A stretch of 30,723 nucleotides of DNA, from the IMG/VR virus record IMGVR_UViG_648276647_000020; one strand, written 5' to 3'. The notes beneath the pieces were generated by a model. The model saw only the letters and a program-made list of their open reading frames with translations. It made no database searches and was not told where the DNA came from. Source of the DNA: a virus. Its lineage: Duplodnaviria; Heunggongvirae; Uroviricota; Caudoviricetes. Below are positions 1-8,573 of this stretch, piece after piece (position 1 is the first letter of the stretch; every line of letters starts with the position of its first letter). A program made the translations under genes and the position numbers.

Positions 1-2103
1 ATGCAGTCGTACGTTACCGTAAATGACCTGCTCGGTGTTCCTGGAATGCCAGCCACCGCGAAAGGCATCCGACAGGCGTTACAGCGTTTTTCTCGTGCTC
101 TTGGTGACGTTAGTCGCCGTCGAGCAGGTACAAAAGCCATTGAGTACCACATCGATTGCCTGCCTGAGGTAACCCAAAAGGCACTGCGTGAACGCTATGT
201 GGAACAACTGGTGGCTACAGAGAACAACGTCTCCGAAGTGAAGACCGTTACCAGGACGGCGCGTAACCCTGATGCTGTTCAGGCAGTTGAAGCATATCGG
301 GGTTCTCCGCAACTAATGGAGGAACGCCTGAATGCCCTGACTGAAAATCAGCGCCGGGTGTCTGAAGCAAGAACGGCGCTGGCAGTGGAAGTGCTGAAGC
401 TGGAAAGCGCCGGTAACCTCGGGCGACTGAAAGCCATTAACTTTCTGGTTGAAAAAGCCCGTAAAGGTGAGTTGCCGGAACGACTGCAACAGGCTGCGAT
501 TAACGCTAATGCAAAACGTGGCACTAATCGCACCATCAGCCGTGATCCGCTTTACCAGTGGGTACTGAAATACAACCAGTCGCAGAACGCCGCAGAACGA
601 CTGTTGTTACTGGCACCAGGAAAACGCGACGAAATAAAACCGGAAGAAATTAGCTGGCTGCCTGAATTTCTGGCGCAGTATCGTCAGGCTAACGGCAGAC
701 CTATGTCGGAAGCCTACGAGGATTTTGTCACGGAATGGCAACGTCGCTATGCGGACGAACCGTACATGCTGGAGGTGATGCCTTCCTATGATGTTGTCCG
801 GTATGCCATGAAAAAATTGCCGGAAGTGGTGAAACAAAAAGGACGCGTTACCGGCAGTGAATACCGCCAGCTTGAGGGATTCACCCGCCGCGACTGGACA
901 GCTATGCCGGTGAATTATGTCTGGATTGGTGACGGCCACGGTATGAAGCTGAAATGTGCGCATCCGATCCACGGGCGTCCATTTTCACCGGAAGTCACGT
1001 TTGTTATCGACGGTGGAACCCGGTTTGTTGTTGGCTGGAGTCTTGTTCTTGCGGAGAACGTGTTTGCTGTTGCCGGGGCGATACAGCACGGAATTCGCAA
1101 TCACGGAAAACCCTACCTGTATTACTCGGATAATGGTTCCGGTGAAACGGCAGATATGCTGGATAAAGAGATCGTCGGGATTCTGCCCCGTCTGGGTATT
1201 AACCACCCCACCGGTATTGCCGGAAATCCGCAGGGACGCGGCATCATTGAACGTCTGAACCGGACGCTGCCGATGCGTATAGCCAGACGGTATCGCACCT
1301 ATTTTGGCAAGGGGGCAGACCGGGAAACACTGCGTGTACTCAATCGCGATCTGCGTTCAGCATTTAATGCCCTGCAACAGGACAAACCGCTGAATGCCCG
1401 CCAGAAATCTGCAATGCGCGAGCTGCCGTCCTGGTCAGAACTGATTGAGGCTATTCGTGAAGGAGTGGAATGGTACAACAACCGCCCGCATTCTGAACTG
1501 CCGATAAAACCAAACGGGAAGCATTACAGCCCGGCAGAGTTCAGAAAAAAACGCCTGGCGGAAGAAGACACTGAAATTGAGTGGCTGAGTGATATTGAGC
1601 TGCGTGACATGTTCCGCCCGATGGTGGAGCGTCCGGTAAGACGCTGCGAAATCCAGTGGCTGAACAATATTTACTACGCGCCAGAGCTGCGTGATGAACA
1701 TGGTCGCAAGGTACTTATCAGCTATGACATTCATGATGCCGAGCGAATTACGGTACGCCGTAAGGACGGTAGCTTTATCTGTGAGGCGATATGGAACGGC
1801 AATAAACGCGCAGCCTTTCCTGTTACGGCTGAATATCACAAACAACAGCAGCGTATCAAAGGAATGCGCAAGCGTGCTGAGGAAAAAATACGTGATGCTG
1901 AGGATGAAGGTATTCAGGTTATTGAACAAAAAACGACAGAACCCTGGCTGGATAACATCTATCGCCCTGTTGGTAATGTGGTGACCGTTCAGCCGCTGAA
2001 GCGTGAGGAAGCGCATGATGACAAATACGACCCCGAACGTGATGAATATCTGAATCATTCGCTGGATATTCTGGAACAGAACAGACGTAAAAAAGTCATT
2101 TAA
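1..2103 (+). CDS. A: Mu-like DDE transposase A
   Basis: 700 aa ORF. C-terminus ...ERDEYLNHSLDILEQNRRKKVI resembles the MuA domain III tail (MuB/ClpX interaction) as I recall it. Core has IGDGHG, YYSDNGSGE and GIIERLNRT segments compatible with a D-D-E triad but looks divergent from MuA. Immediately upstream of the B-like ATPase. Confidence 0.88.
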   Translation: MQSYVTVNDLLGVPGMPATAKGIRQALQRFSRALGDVSRRRAGTKAIEYHIDCLPEVTQKALRERYVEQLVATENNVSEVKTVTRTARNPDAVQAVEAYRGSPQLMEERLNALTENQRRVSEARTALAVEVLKLESAGNLGRLKAINFLVEKARKGELPERLQQAAINANAKRGTNRTISRDPLYQWVLKYNQSQNAAERLLLLAPGKRDEIKPEEISWLPEFLAQYRQANGRPMSEAYEDFVTEWQRRYADEPYMLEVMPSYDVVRYAMKKLPEVVKQKGRVTGSEYRQLEGFTRRDWTAMPVNYVWIGDGHGMKLKCAHPIHGRPFSPEVTFVIDGGTRFVVGWSLVLAENVFAVAGAIQHGIRNHGKPYLYYSDNGSGETADMLDKEIVGILPRLGINHPTGIAGNPQGRGIIERLNRTLPMRIARRYRTYFGKGADRETLRVLNRDLRSAFNALQQDKPLNARQKSAMRELPSWSELIEAIREGVEWYNNRPHSELPIKPNGKHYSPAEFRKKRLAEEDTEIEWLSDIELRDMFRPMVERPVRRCEIQWLNNIYYAPELRDEHGRKVLISYDIHDAERITVRRKDGSFICEAIWNGNKRAAFPVTAEYHKQQQRIKGMRKRAEEKIRDAEDEGIQVIEQKTTEPWLDNIYRPVGNVVTVQPLKREEAHDDKYDPERDEYLNHSLDILEQNRRKKVI

Positions 2104-2141
2104 TTAACGTTTTAACAAAATTTAATTACGAGGTTATTCAG

Positions 2142-3080
2142 ATGAATATTTCCGATATTCGCGCAGGACTGCGCACGCTTGTAGAAAATGAAGAAACCAC
2201 CTTTAAACAAATTGCTCTCGAGAGCGGGCTTTCTACCGGAACTATCAGTAGTTTTATCAATGATAAGTACAACGGGGATAACGAGCGTGTTTCACAAATG
2301 CTGCAACGCTGGCTGGAAAAATATCATGCAGTTGCAGAACTACCTGAACCGCCCCGCTTTGTGGAAACGCAGACGGTAAAACAAATCTGGACAAGTATGC
2401 GTTTTGCCAGCCTGACTGAAAGTATTGCTGTTGTATGTGGCAATCCTGGTGTGGGCAAAACCGAAGCGGCCCGTGAATATCGCCGCACCAATAACAATGT
2501 CTGGATGATCACCATTACGCCATCCTGTGCCAGCGTTCTGGAATGTCTTACTGAACTGGCGTTTGAGCTGGGAATGAATGACGCACCACGCCGTAAAGGG
2601 CCACTCTCCCGTGCCCTGCGACGTCGCCTTGAAGGTACACAGGGGCTGGTTATCATCGACGAAGCTGATCATCTTGGTGCCGAAGTTCTGGAAGAACTCC
2701 GCCTGTTACAGGAATCAACCCGCACTGGCCTTGTGCTGATGGGAAATCACCGGGTTTATTCAAATATGACGGGGGGTAACAGAACGGTTGAATTTGCCCG
2801 TCTGTTTTCCCGTATTGCAAAGCGCACTGCAATTAATAAAACAAAAAAAGCCGATGTAAAAGCTATTGCGGATGCCTGGCAGATTAACGGCGAAAATGAA
2901 CTGGAGTTATTACAGCAGATTGCGCAGAAACCAGGTGCGCTTCGCATTCTGAATCATTCACTTCGCCTTGCAGCCATGACGGCTCACGGTAAAGGTGAGC
3001 GTGTTAACGAAGATTATCTGCGTCAGGCTTTCCGTGAATTAGACCTGGACGTTGATATTTCAACGCTGCTGCGTAATTAA
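2142..3080 (+). CDS. B: Mu B-like transposition ATPase (target DNA activator)
   Basis: 312 aa. Walker A GNPGVGKTE, Walker B-like LVIIDEADHL. SD gagg upstream of ATG. Position directly after A. Confidence 0.92.
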   Translation: MNISDIRAGLRTLVENEETTFKQIALESGLSTGTISSFINDKYNGDNERVSQMLQRWLEKYHAVAELPEPPRFVETQTVKQIWTSMRFASLTESIAVVCGNPGVGKTEAAREYRRTNNNVWMITITPSCASVLECLTELAFELGMNDAPRRKGPLSRALRRRLEGTQGLVIIDEADHLGAEVLEELRLLQESTRTGLVLMGNHRVYSNMTGGNRTVEFARLFSRIAKRTAINKTKKADVKAIADAWQINGENELELLQQIAQKPGALRILNHSLRLAAMTAHGKGERVNEDYLRQAFRELDLDVDISTLLRN

Positions 3081-3095
3081 GAAGGAGAAGAAATT

Positions 3096-3323
3096 ATGAT
3101 GGCCCGAAATATAAAAATGGCAACGGATGCGCAGAACTGGTTACAGGCGCGCGGGAGTCATGTAAATGAATCATATCTCGGCGTGGCGCGTCCGATTCTT
3201 GAAATCACTTACCCACCGGTGGAACTGGTAAAAAACGCGGTCAGAATTATGGAGCATAAGTCCGGGGTGGCCCGTTCTGTATGGACGGCCCGTCTTAATG
3301 GTTGCCAGATTATCTGGAGATAA
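3096..3323 (+). CDS. small early protein of unknown function (at the position of Mu kil)
   Basis: 75 aa ORF with strong SD gaaggagaag 6-8 nt upstream. First gene after B; function inferred only from synteny. Confidence 0.55.
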
Positions 3324-3325
3324 CG

Positions 3326-3556
3326 ATGTGTATTAAAGCTGAAAAATATATTGAATGGGTTAAACACTGTCAGTGCCACGGGGTGCCGCTGACGACATAT
3401 AAATGCCCCGGATGTGGTGAACAGATTATGACGCAATGCTCACCCGAAAAGGAAATTCGGGATTCCCTGACATGTTGTCCGTGGTGCAGCGCAGTTTTCT
3501 TTAAACAGGTAAAAGGCGCGAAGGTAAAAGCCAGCGCGGTTATTCAGAATCAATAA
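3326..3556 (+). CDS. Cys-rich putative zinc-ribbon small protein
   Basis: 76 aa from ATG 3326 (SD ggaga 3315-3319); the ORF track's earlier start lies inside the previous gene. Motifs CQCHG, CPGCG, CCPWC. Confidence 0.55.
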   Translation: MCIKAEKYIEWVKHCQCHGVPLTTYKCPGCGEQIMTQCSPEKEIRDSLTCCPWCSAVFFKQVKGAKVKASAVIQNQ

Positions 3557-3567
3557 GGTGAAACAAA

Positions 3568-3831
3568 ATGGCAAAAGTAATTATTGAAATTAAAAATACA
3601 GTATCTGGAATTAAAGGACGGAATTTGCGCACCAGCATTGCGGTGGACGGTAGTGCGGAACTGGACGGTGATGAGGGTACACTTGCTGGCATGGTGGCGT
3701 TACTGGTGCTTAATAAAAGCCAGAAAATAATTAATGAGTCAGCCCATGAAGCTATTGAGATTTTGAAAAACGATGGTGTCATCACCGGTGTCCGTGTCAC
3801 TGAAATGGCTGTTGAAAAAACATGCCACTGA
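3568..3831 (+). CDS. hypothetical early protein
   Basis: 87 aa ORF, SD aaggtg upstream, AT-rich codon usage like neighbouring early ORFs. Confidence 0.55.
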   Translation: MAKVIIEIKNTVSGIKGRNLRTSIAVDGSAELDGDEGTLAGMVALLVLNKSQKIINESAHEAIEILKNDGVITGVRVTEMAVEKTCH

Positions 3832-3845
3832 AAGGAACGCTGACA

Positions 3846-4265
3846 ATGAACGTCAAAATCCGAAATGAAATTCAGGCATTAATCCGAATTCAGGAACGCA
3901 ATAACAACGGTGGTGAATTACGCGAGTTTATTTGCGCCCGGAAAGTTGATGGTTATGGTGAAAAGACTTACCTGATTACTTTCGACCATTACAGCATCTG
4001 TGCGCGTTATTGTGGCGAAAGCATATCCCGCGCCATTGCGTCTGGCGATGCGTTTAACGTGGATTTATGGGAGTACGTCATGGACCGTGAATACATCTGT
4101 GTATCAGACCCGAAAGCCCGTGAAATGTGGCAGCGTATCTGGCGCGATTACCGGTTAATGGCAAAAGGCTGGGCGCGCTGCTGTTATTCCTCGCTTGCCC
4201 TGAAAGCGGTTCAGTTATCGCTGCGGCATATTCCGGCATCACTGCGCGAGCCTCTGCTGTACTGA
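3846..4265 (+). CDS. hypothetical early protein (Cys-containing)
   Basis: 140 aa from internal ATG 3846 (MNVKIRNE...). Alternative start ATG 3822 overlaps the previous stop. No recognisable motif. Confidence 0.5.
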   Translation: MNVKIRNEIQALIRIQERNNNGGELREFICARKVDGYGEKTYLITFDHYSICARYCGESISRAIASGDAFNVDLWEYVMDREYICVSDPKAREMWQRIWRDYRLMAKGWARCCYSSLALKAVQLSLRHIPASLREPLLY

Positions 4266-4277
4266 ATGGTGGCTGAC

Positions 4278-4565
4278 ATGAAGTGTAATCGTAAGCGCTG
4301 GTCACGCGAAGACCGGGAATTTATCGAAGCCAACGTCGGGAAAATGACCGTTGAAGAAATGGCGGAAAAACTGAAAGTCGCCACAACCGCCCTCCGGGCA
4401 CATGCCAGAAGGCACGGAATATCATTGTGTGTATACCGAATCAGTGAACACGACAAATATTTATGTCGTGAACTTTATAAAGAAGGGCTGGATATTCATG
4501 TCATTGCCCGAAAGATGGAATTAAGCAATCGAGCTGTATCCAGCATTGTATACAGCGGATATTAA
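4278..4565 (+). CDS. small putative HTH DNA-binding protein
   Basis: About 96 aa; GGTGG SD 8 nt before ATG 4278 (alternative ATG 4266). Two helix-turn-helix-like stretches (MTVEEMAEKLKVATTALRAHARRHGI; LDIHVIARKMELSNRAVSSIVYSG). Confidence 0.5.
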   Translation: MKCNRKRWSREDREFIEANVGKMTVEEMAEKLKVATTALRAHARRHGISLCVYRISEHDKYLCRELYKEGLDIHVIARKMELSNRAVSSIVYSGY

Positions 4566-4584
4566 TTAACAGGAGCTTTAATTT

Positions 4585-5109
4585 ATGGCTAAACCAGCAA
4601 AACGTATCAAAAGTGCCGCAGCGGCTTATGTTCCACAAAACCGCGATGCGGTGATTACCGATATTAAACGCATCGGGGACTTACAGCGCGAAGCATCACG
4701 TCTGGAAACGGAAATGAATGATGCCATCGCGGAAATTACGGAGAAATTTGCAGCCCGGATTGCACCGATTAAAACCGATATTGAAACCCTTTCAAAAGGC
4801 GTTCAGGGATGGTGTGAAGCGAACCGCGACGAACTGACGAACGGCGGCAAAGTGAAGACGGCGAATCTTGTCACCGGTGATGTATCGTGGCGGGTCCGTC
4901 CACCATCAGTAAGTATTCGTGGTATGGATGCAGTGATGGAAACGCTGGAGCGTCTTGGCCTGCAACGCTTTATTCGCACGAAGCAGGAAATCAACAAGGA
5001 AGCGATTTTACTGGAACCGAAAGCGGTCGCAGGCGTTGCCGGAATTACAGTTAAATCAGGCATTGAGGATTTTTCTATTATTCCATTTGAACAGGAAGCC
5101 GGTATTTAA
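4585..5109 (+). CDS. gam: Gam-like host-nuclease inhibitor (DNA-end binding)
   Basis: 174 aa; N-terminus MAKPAKRIKSAAAAYVPQNRDAVITDIKRIGDLQREASRLE... resembles Mu Gam as I recall it. SD aggag upstream. Confidence 0.85.
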   Translation: MAKPAKRIKSAAAAYVPQNRDAVITDIKRIGDLQREASRLETEMNDAIAEITEKFAARIAPIKTDIETLSKGVQGWCEANRDELTNGGKVKTANLVTGDVSWRVRPPSVSIRGMDAVMETLERLGLQRFIRTKQEINKEAILLEPKAVAGVAGITVKSGIEDFSIIPFEQEAGI

Positions 5110-5207
5110 TACCACCATTAATATTTAATTAATTCACATTCTTTTAATTATGGCGCGATACGTCAGGGGATTGCTCGCGCCTGAAACAGATTACTGAGGA
5201 ATAAAAC

Positions 5208-5738
5208 ATGGTTGATGCAAAAATTCTGAATGGTGTCAGCACATTATTACGGGCTTTCGGACGCCTGACCTGCGGAGTTCTGGCTGAAAAAATGAATATG
5301 CTGCCCTCGTCAATGGTGTATTTCCTGCGTGATGCGGTTGATGCCGGAGTGCTCACCGAATGCAACGGATTTTATGACGTTCCGCGCCCGCGTCCGACGC
5401 CGCCTGTAAGACGAAACGCAACTGAGCAGCCTGCTGTTGATGATGCGGTGTGGTGCAACTGGCGTCGCTCATTACCCTGGGTGGAAGGTAATACCATCCC
5501 CGCGCTGGCAAAAGAGTTTGCGACGGGCGTGCTGACCTGTGAATCCGTTCACATCGTTGCAGAAGTGGACAACAGAATGTGCGAACAGGGTATGCCCCGT
5601 TTTGTGATGGCTTATATCGATATCCGGCTGGGGCGTTTTATTTGCAGTTCAAGCGCCTGGAATATCACCGACCATGTACTGCGTTATCTCATTCTTGATT
5701 GTTCTCCGGTTCCCGCAGCGGTGCAGGAGATGGCGTGA
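5208..5738 (+). CDS. hypothetical early protein, possible N-terminal winged-helix
   Basis: 176 aa, SD gagga upstream. Stop overlaps the next start (TGATG at 5736-5740). Confidence 0.55.
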   Translation: MVDAKILNGVSTLLRAFGRLTCGVLAEKMNMLPSSMVYFLRDAVDAGVLTECNGFYDVPRPRPTPPVRRNATEQPAVDDAVWCNWRRSLPWVEGNTIPALAKEFATGVLTCESVHIVAEVDNRMCEQGMPRFVMAYIDIRLGRFICSSSAWNITDHVLRYLILDCSPVPAAVQEMA

Positions 5739-6268
5739 TGTTTTTTAAAACGTCAAATCCCGCAGCACTGCTGGCATGGGACCAGTTTATGGCGGACTGC
5801 CTGAAACTACGCGAAGAAGCCCGCCATCTTGAGAAGGTTCTGGGCTGTGGTTGCCGGTCAGTATTCAGCACAGGTATTGGTGGGCGTCATTTTCATGGCG
5901 TGAATTTTCCGGGGAATGAGCGCCCCTTCTCGCGGGAGCTGTGGACCGTACAACGGCCCGCATCAGGTAACAGTTGCAGGCCCAGAACTTCGCGGATACC
6001 TGCTCATCTCAGGGAGCAGGCAAGAGAGCTGGCGAAAATATGGCAGGAGAATATTCCGGTCACTTACGCCCGCACAGACGCTCTTTTACCCGCACTGGGA
6101 CTGGATTTCAGCGCAACAATATTCGGGCCGCTCCAGTGGTTCCGTGTTGGTGATGTGATTTACGTCATGACGGGGATGACACCCGCACAAGGCCGCATGA
6201 CTGAAATCCTTTCTGACGAATTTATCCGGGCGCAAAAACAGGCGGAGGTAAACAATGGAAAACAATAA
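5738..6268 (+). CDS. hypothetical early protein
   Basis: 176 aa from ATG 5738, translationally coupled to the upstream ORF. A central low-complexity stretch and an overlapping alternative-frame ORF (5916-6158) leave open a frameshifted gene. Confidence 0.45.
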   Translation: MFFKTSNPAALLAWDQFMADCLKLREEARHLEKVLGCGCRSVFSTGIGGRHFHGVNFPGNERPFSRELWTVQRPASGNSCRPRTSRIPAHLREQARELAKIWQENIPVTYARTDALLPALGLDFSATIFGPLQWFRVGDVIYVMTGMTPAQGRMTEILSDEFIRAQKQAEVNNGKQ

Positions 6269-6437
6269 AACATCGTATTCGTGGCTGGGGAAATTCACCA
6301 CGGTGAAACAGGAATGCCCGACCTGCGGTAATGAATCCCCTGAATATCTGAAAGAGTGCCCTCATTGTGGCGGGCTGAAATGCAACCACTGCGATATGGG
6401 CGATGACACAGCGTGCATGAATTGTGAAGGTGAATAA
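6255..6437 (+). CDS. putative zinc-ribbon small protein
   Basis: 60 aa with four CxxC pairs (CPTC, CPHC, CNHC, CMNC). SD ggagg 6 nt upstream. Confidence 0.55.
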   Translation: MENNKTSYSWLGKFTTVKQECPTCGNESPEYLKECPHCGGLKCNHCDMGDDTACMNCEGE

Positions 6438-6438
6438 T

Positions 6439-6741
6439 ATGAATAATGAAACTAAATTTACTCCCCTTAATATTGATAACGTCATGGCTGAAAAAGGGAT
6501 GCTGGAACGTGTTCGCGCTATCGTTGAATATGGTATTAAGCATAATCTCACCGCCAGAGAAGTCCGTGACATTATCAACCGCGAAATGAATCGTCTGGAA
6601 ACAGTAGTGGCACTGCAAAATGAAACAGCCCGCGAGGAGTACATCCGCCGCAGGCTGGGGCTATCAGACCAGGATATTGTTACTGACGCTCATGTATTTG
6701 AGGCTTTTGAGATCCGTCAGCATCTGGGCCTTACGAACTGA
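6439..6741 (+). CDS. hypothetical early protein
   Basis: 100 aa from ATG 6439 with SD aaggtg; the track's 6424 start is a GTG just upstream. Confidence 0.5.
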   Translation: MNNETKFTPLNIDNVMAEKGMLERVRAIVEYGIKHNLTAREVRDIINREMNRLETVVALQNETAREEYIRRRLGLSDQDIVTDAHVFEAFEIRQHLGLTN

Positions 6742-6792
6742 TGTGTAAATTCAGGCGGTGTTGCAGCACCGCCTCTTTCCGGAGGTACGATC

Positions 6793-7344
6793 ATGAGTCG
6801 CACATCCCTGATTAAATTAATCCATGTCGCCCGTCGGGAGCTACAACTCGACGACGACACTTACCGCGCTTTTCTGATGCAGAAAACGGGCAAAATCAGT
6901 TGCCGCGAGCTGACGGTAACGCAACTGGAACAGGTGCTCGATGCCATGAAAGAACGCGGCTTTAAGAAGCTGAATAAACATCCACGTCGCCGCTTTAAGG
7001 GGCATGTCACGCCCCGCGAGAAGGTATACAAAGTCTGGCAGCAGATGGCAGAAGACGGTTTTATTACCGATGGCGGTGATGTGGCGCTGGATAAATATGT
7101 TCAGCGCCTGACGGCGAAACGTAATGGCGGACAGGGTGTTTCCACGCTGGCGTGGTGCCATGGCGACACGCTGCTGACAGTCCTCGAAACACTCAAGCAG
7201 TGGCACATCCGCTGTATTCGTGAAGCCTTTTCCCGTCACGGGCTTCCGTTGCCGGTCAGTCCGTCCGGGCGTGAACTGCGCGGCTATGACGCCATGACGG
7301 CGGCTTATGCCCATGCCAGAAAGACACGGAGGATGGCACAATGA
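6793..7344 (+). CDS. gemA: GemA-like (Mu gp16) regulatory protein
   Basis: 183 aa, N-terminus MSRTSLIKLIHVARRELQLDDDTYRAFLMQ.... Position immediately upstream of and overlapping mor (ATGA). SD ggagg. Confidence 0.7.
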   Translation: MSRTSLIKLIHVARRELQLDDDTYRAFLMQKTGKISCRELTVTQLEQVLDAMKERGFKKLNKHPRRRFKGHVTPREKVYKVWQQMAEDGFITDGGDVALDKYVQRLTAKRNGGQGVSTLAWCHGDTLLTVLETLKQWHIRCIREAFSRHGLPLPVSPSGRELRGYDAMTAAYAHARKTRRMAQ

Positions 7345-7730
7345 CGGAAGATTTATTTGGTGATTTGCAGGATGACACCATCCTGGCACATCTTGACAAT
7401 CCCGCCGAGGATACGTCACGCTTTCCGGCACTGCTGGCGGAGCTGAACGATTTACTGCGCGGGGAATTGTCCCGGCTGGGTGTTGATCCTGCCCATTCAC
7501 TGGAGATTGTTGTGGCTATCTGTAAGCATCTGGGCGGCGGTCAGGTCTACATTCCACGCGGTCAGGTTCTGGACTCGCTGATTCGGGATTTGCGTATCTG
7601 GAATGATTTTAACGGTCGCAACGTCAGCGAACTGACCACCCGTTATGGTGTCACTTTCAATACGGTTTACAAGGCCATTCGCCGGATGCGACGGCTGAAA
7701 TACCGCCAGTACCAGCCCTCACTTCTGTAA
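7341..7730 (+). CDS. mor: Mor-like middle-operon transcription activator
   Basis: 129 aa. C-terminal HTH region (YIPRGQVLDSLIRDLRIWNDFNGRNVSELTTRYGVTFNTVYKAIRR) is paralogous to the C protein at 8151. Followed by a terminator. Confidence 0.85.
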   Translation: MTEDLFGDLQDDTILAHLDNPAEDTSRFPALLAELNDLLRGELSRLGVDPAHSLEIVVAICKHLGGGQVYIPRGQVLDSLIRDLRIWNDFNGRNVSELTTRYGVTFNTVYKAIRRMRRLKYRQYQPSLL

Positions 7731-7737
7731 ACAGTAA

Positions 7738-7761
7738 AGCCGGTTAATCCGGCTTTTTTTA
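7738..7761 (+). terminator. rho-independent terminator after mor (end of early operon)
   Basis: Perfect hairpin AAAGCCGG (7738-7744) / loop TTAAT / CCGGCTTT (7750-7757), followed by a T-run to 7761. Confidence 0.8.
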
Positions 7762-7807
7762 CGTCCTCAATATCCTGTGATGAATAACCGTACCGGGGGA
7801 AATCATC

Positions 7808-8038
7808 ATGGGTAAAGGCTGGAATGCATCCTTTCATCTTGGCAGACGTGAGCGGCTGCGTCAGGAGGTTTTACACCGTGTCGCCGGTGGGCCACGTCCT
7901 GCGCCCCGCGACTATACCGGTCATGATGGCACCCACGGAAGTTATTACATGAAAGGCTGGCAGTCGGTTGATATGCCGGAAATTCTTCACCACTGCCAAC
8001 GTTATAAGGAAAAATATCATGTACAGAAAATTCAGTGA
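7808..8038 (+). CDS. hypothetical small protein between mor and C
   Basis: 76 aa ORF with SD ggggga upstream. Overlapped by minus-strand ORFs, so coding status is uncertain. Confidence 0.4.
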   Translation: MGKGWNASFHLGRRERLRQEVLHRVAGGPRPAPRDYTGHDGTHGSYYMKGWQSVDMPEILHHCQRYKEKYHVQKIQ

Positions 8039-8150
8039 TGAATGTTTCGGGCCGTCCACGCTGATTAATGCGATAAAAGTGATTGCCCTTGTGGTTCTGA
8101 TAACCATCAGTGCCGTGGTGTATCTTTCTGTCTGTTAACCGGGGGAAAAT

Positions 8151-8573
8151 ATGCAGCATGATTTATTTGAACACGATCCGGCAATTCGCCAGTTAATCGG
8201 ACATATTGATAACATCCCGGCCCCGGAACTGGAATCACGCTGGCCCCGTTCGGTGGTTGATCTGATTGATGTTCTGGAAAACGAACTGAAACGCCAGAAC
8301 GTCAGCAATCCCCGTGAGCTTGCCCGTAAACAGGCCGTTGCCCTGTCCTGTTTTCTGGGCGGGCGGCAGTTTTATATCCCCTGTGGCGATACTATCCTGA
8401 CCGCGTTACGCGACGATTTGCTTTACTGCCAGTTCAATGGTCGTAACATGGAAGAACTGCGTCGCCAGTACCGCCTGTCCCAGCCGCAGATCTACCAGAT
8501 TATTGCCCGCCAGAGAAAGCTGCATACACGGCGTCATCAGCCTGATCTGTTCTCACCTGAAAGCCCAAAATAA
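8151..8573 (+). CDS. C: C-like late-gene transcription activator (Mor/C family)
   Basis: 140 aa; YIPCGDTILTALRDDLLYCQFNGRNMEELRRQYRLSQPQIYQIIAR parallels the Mor HTH region. SD ggggga. Confidence 0.85.
   Translation: MQHDLFEHDPAIRQLIGHIDNIPAPELESRWPRSVVDLIDVLENELKRQNVSNPRELARKQAVALSCFLGGRQFYIPCGDTILTALRDDLLYCQFNGRNMEELRRQYRLSQPQIYQIIARQRKLHTRRHQPDLFSPESPK

Noticed and set aside
956-1258. Small + and minus ORFs nested inside the transposase gene
   Set aside because: They lie within the transposase coding region in alternative frames, with no start signals.
8079-8138. 19-codon hydrophobic ORF as a stand-alone annotated gene
   Set aside because: It is too short, has a GTG start and no clear SD to call as a feature. 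It is kept only as an observation in the findings.
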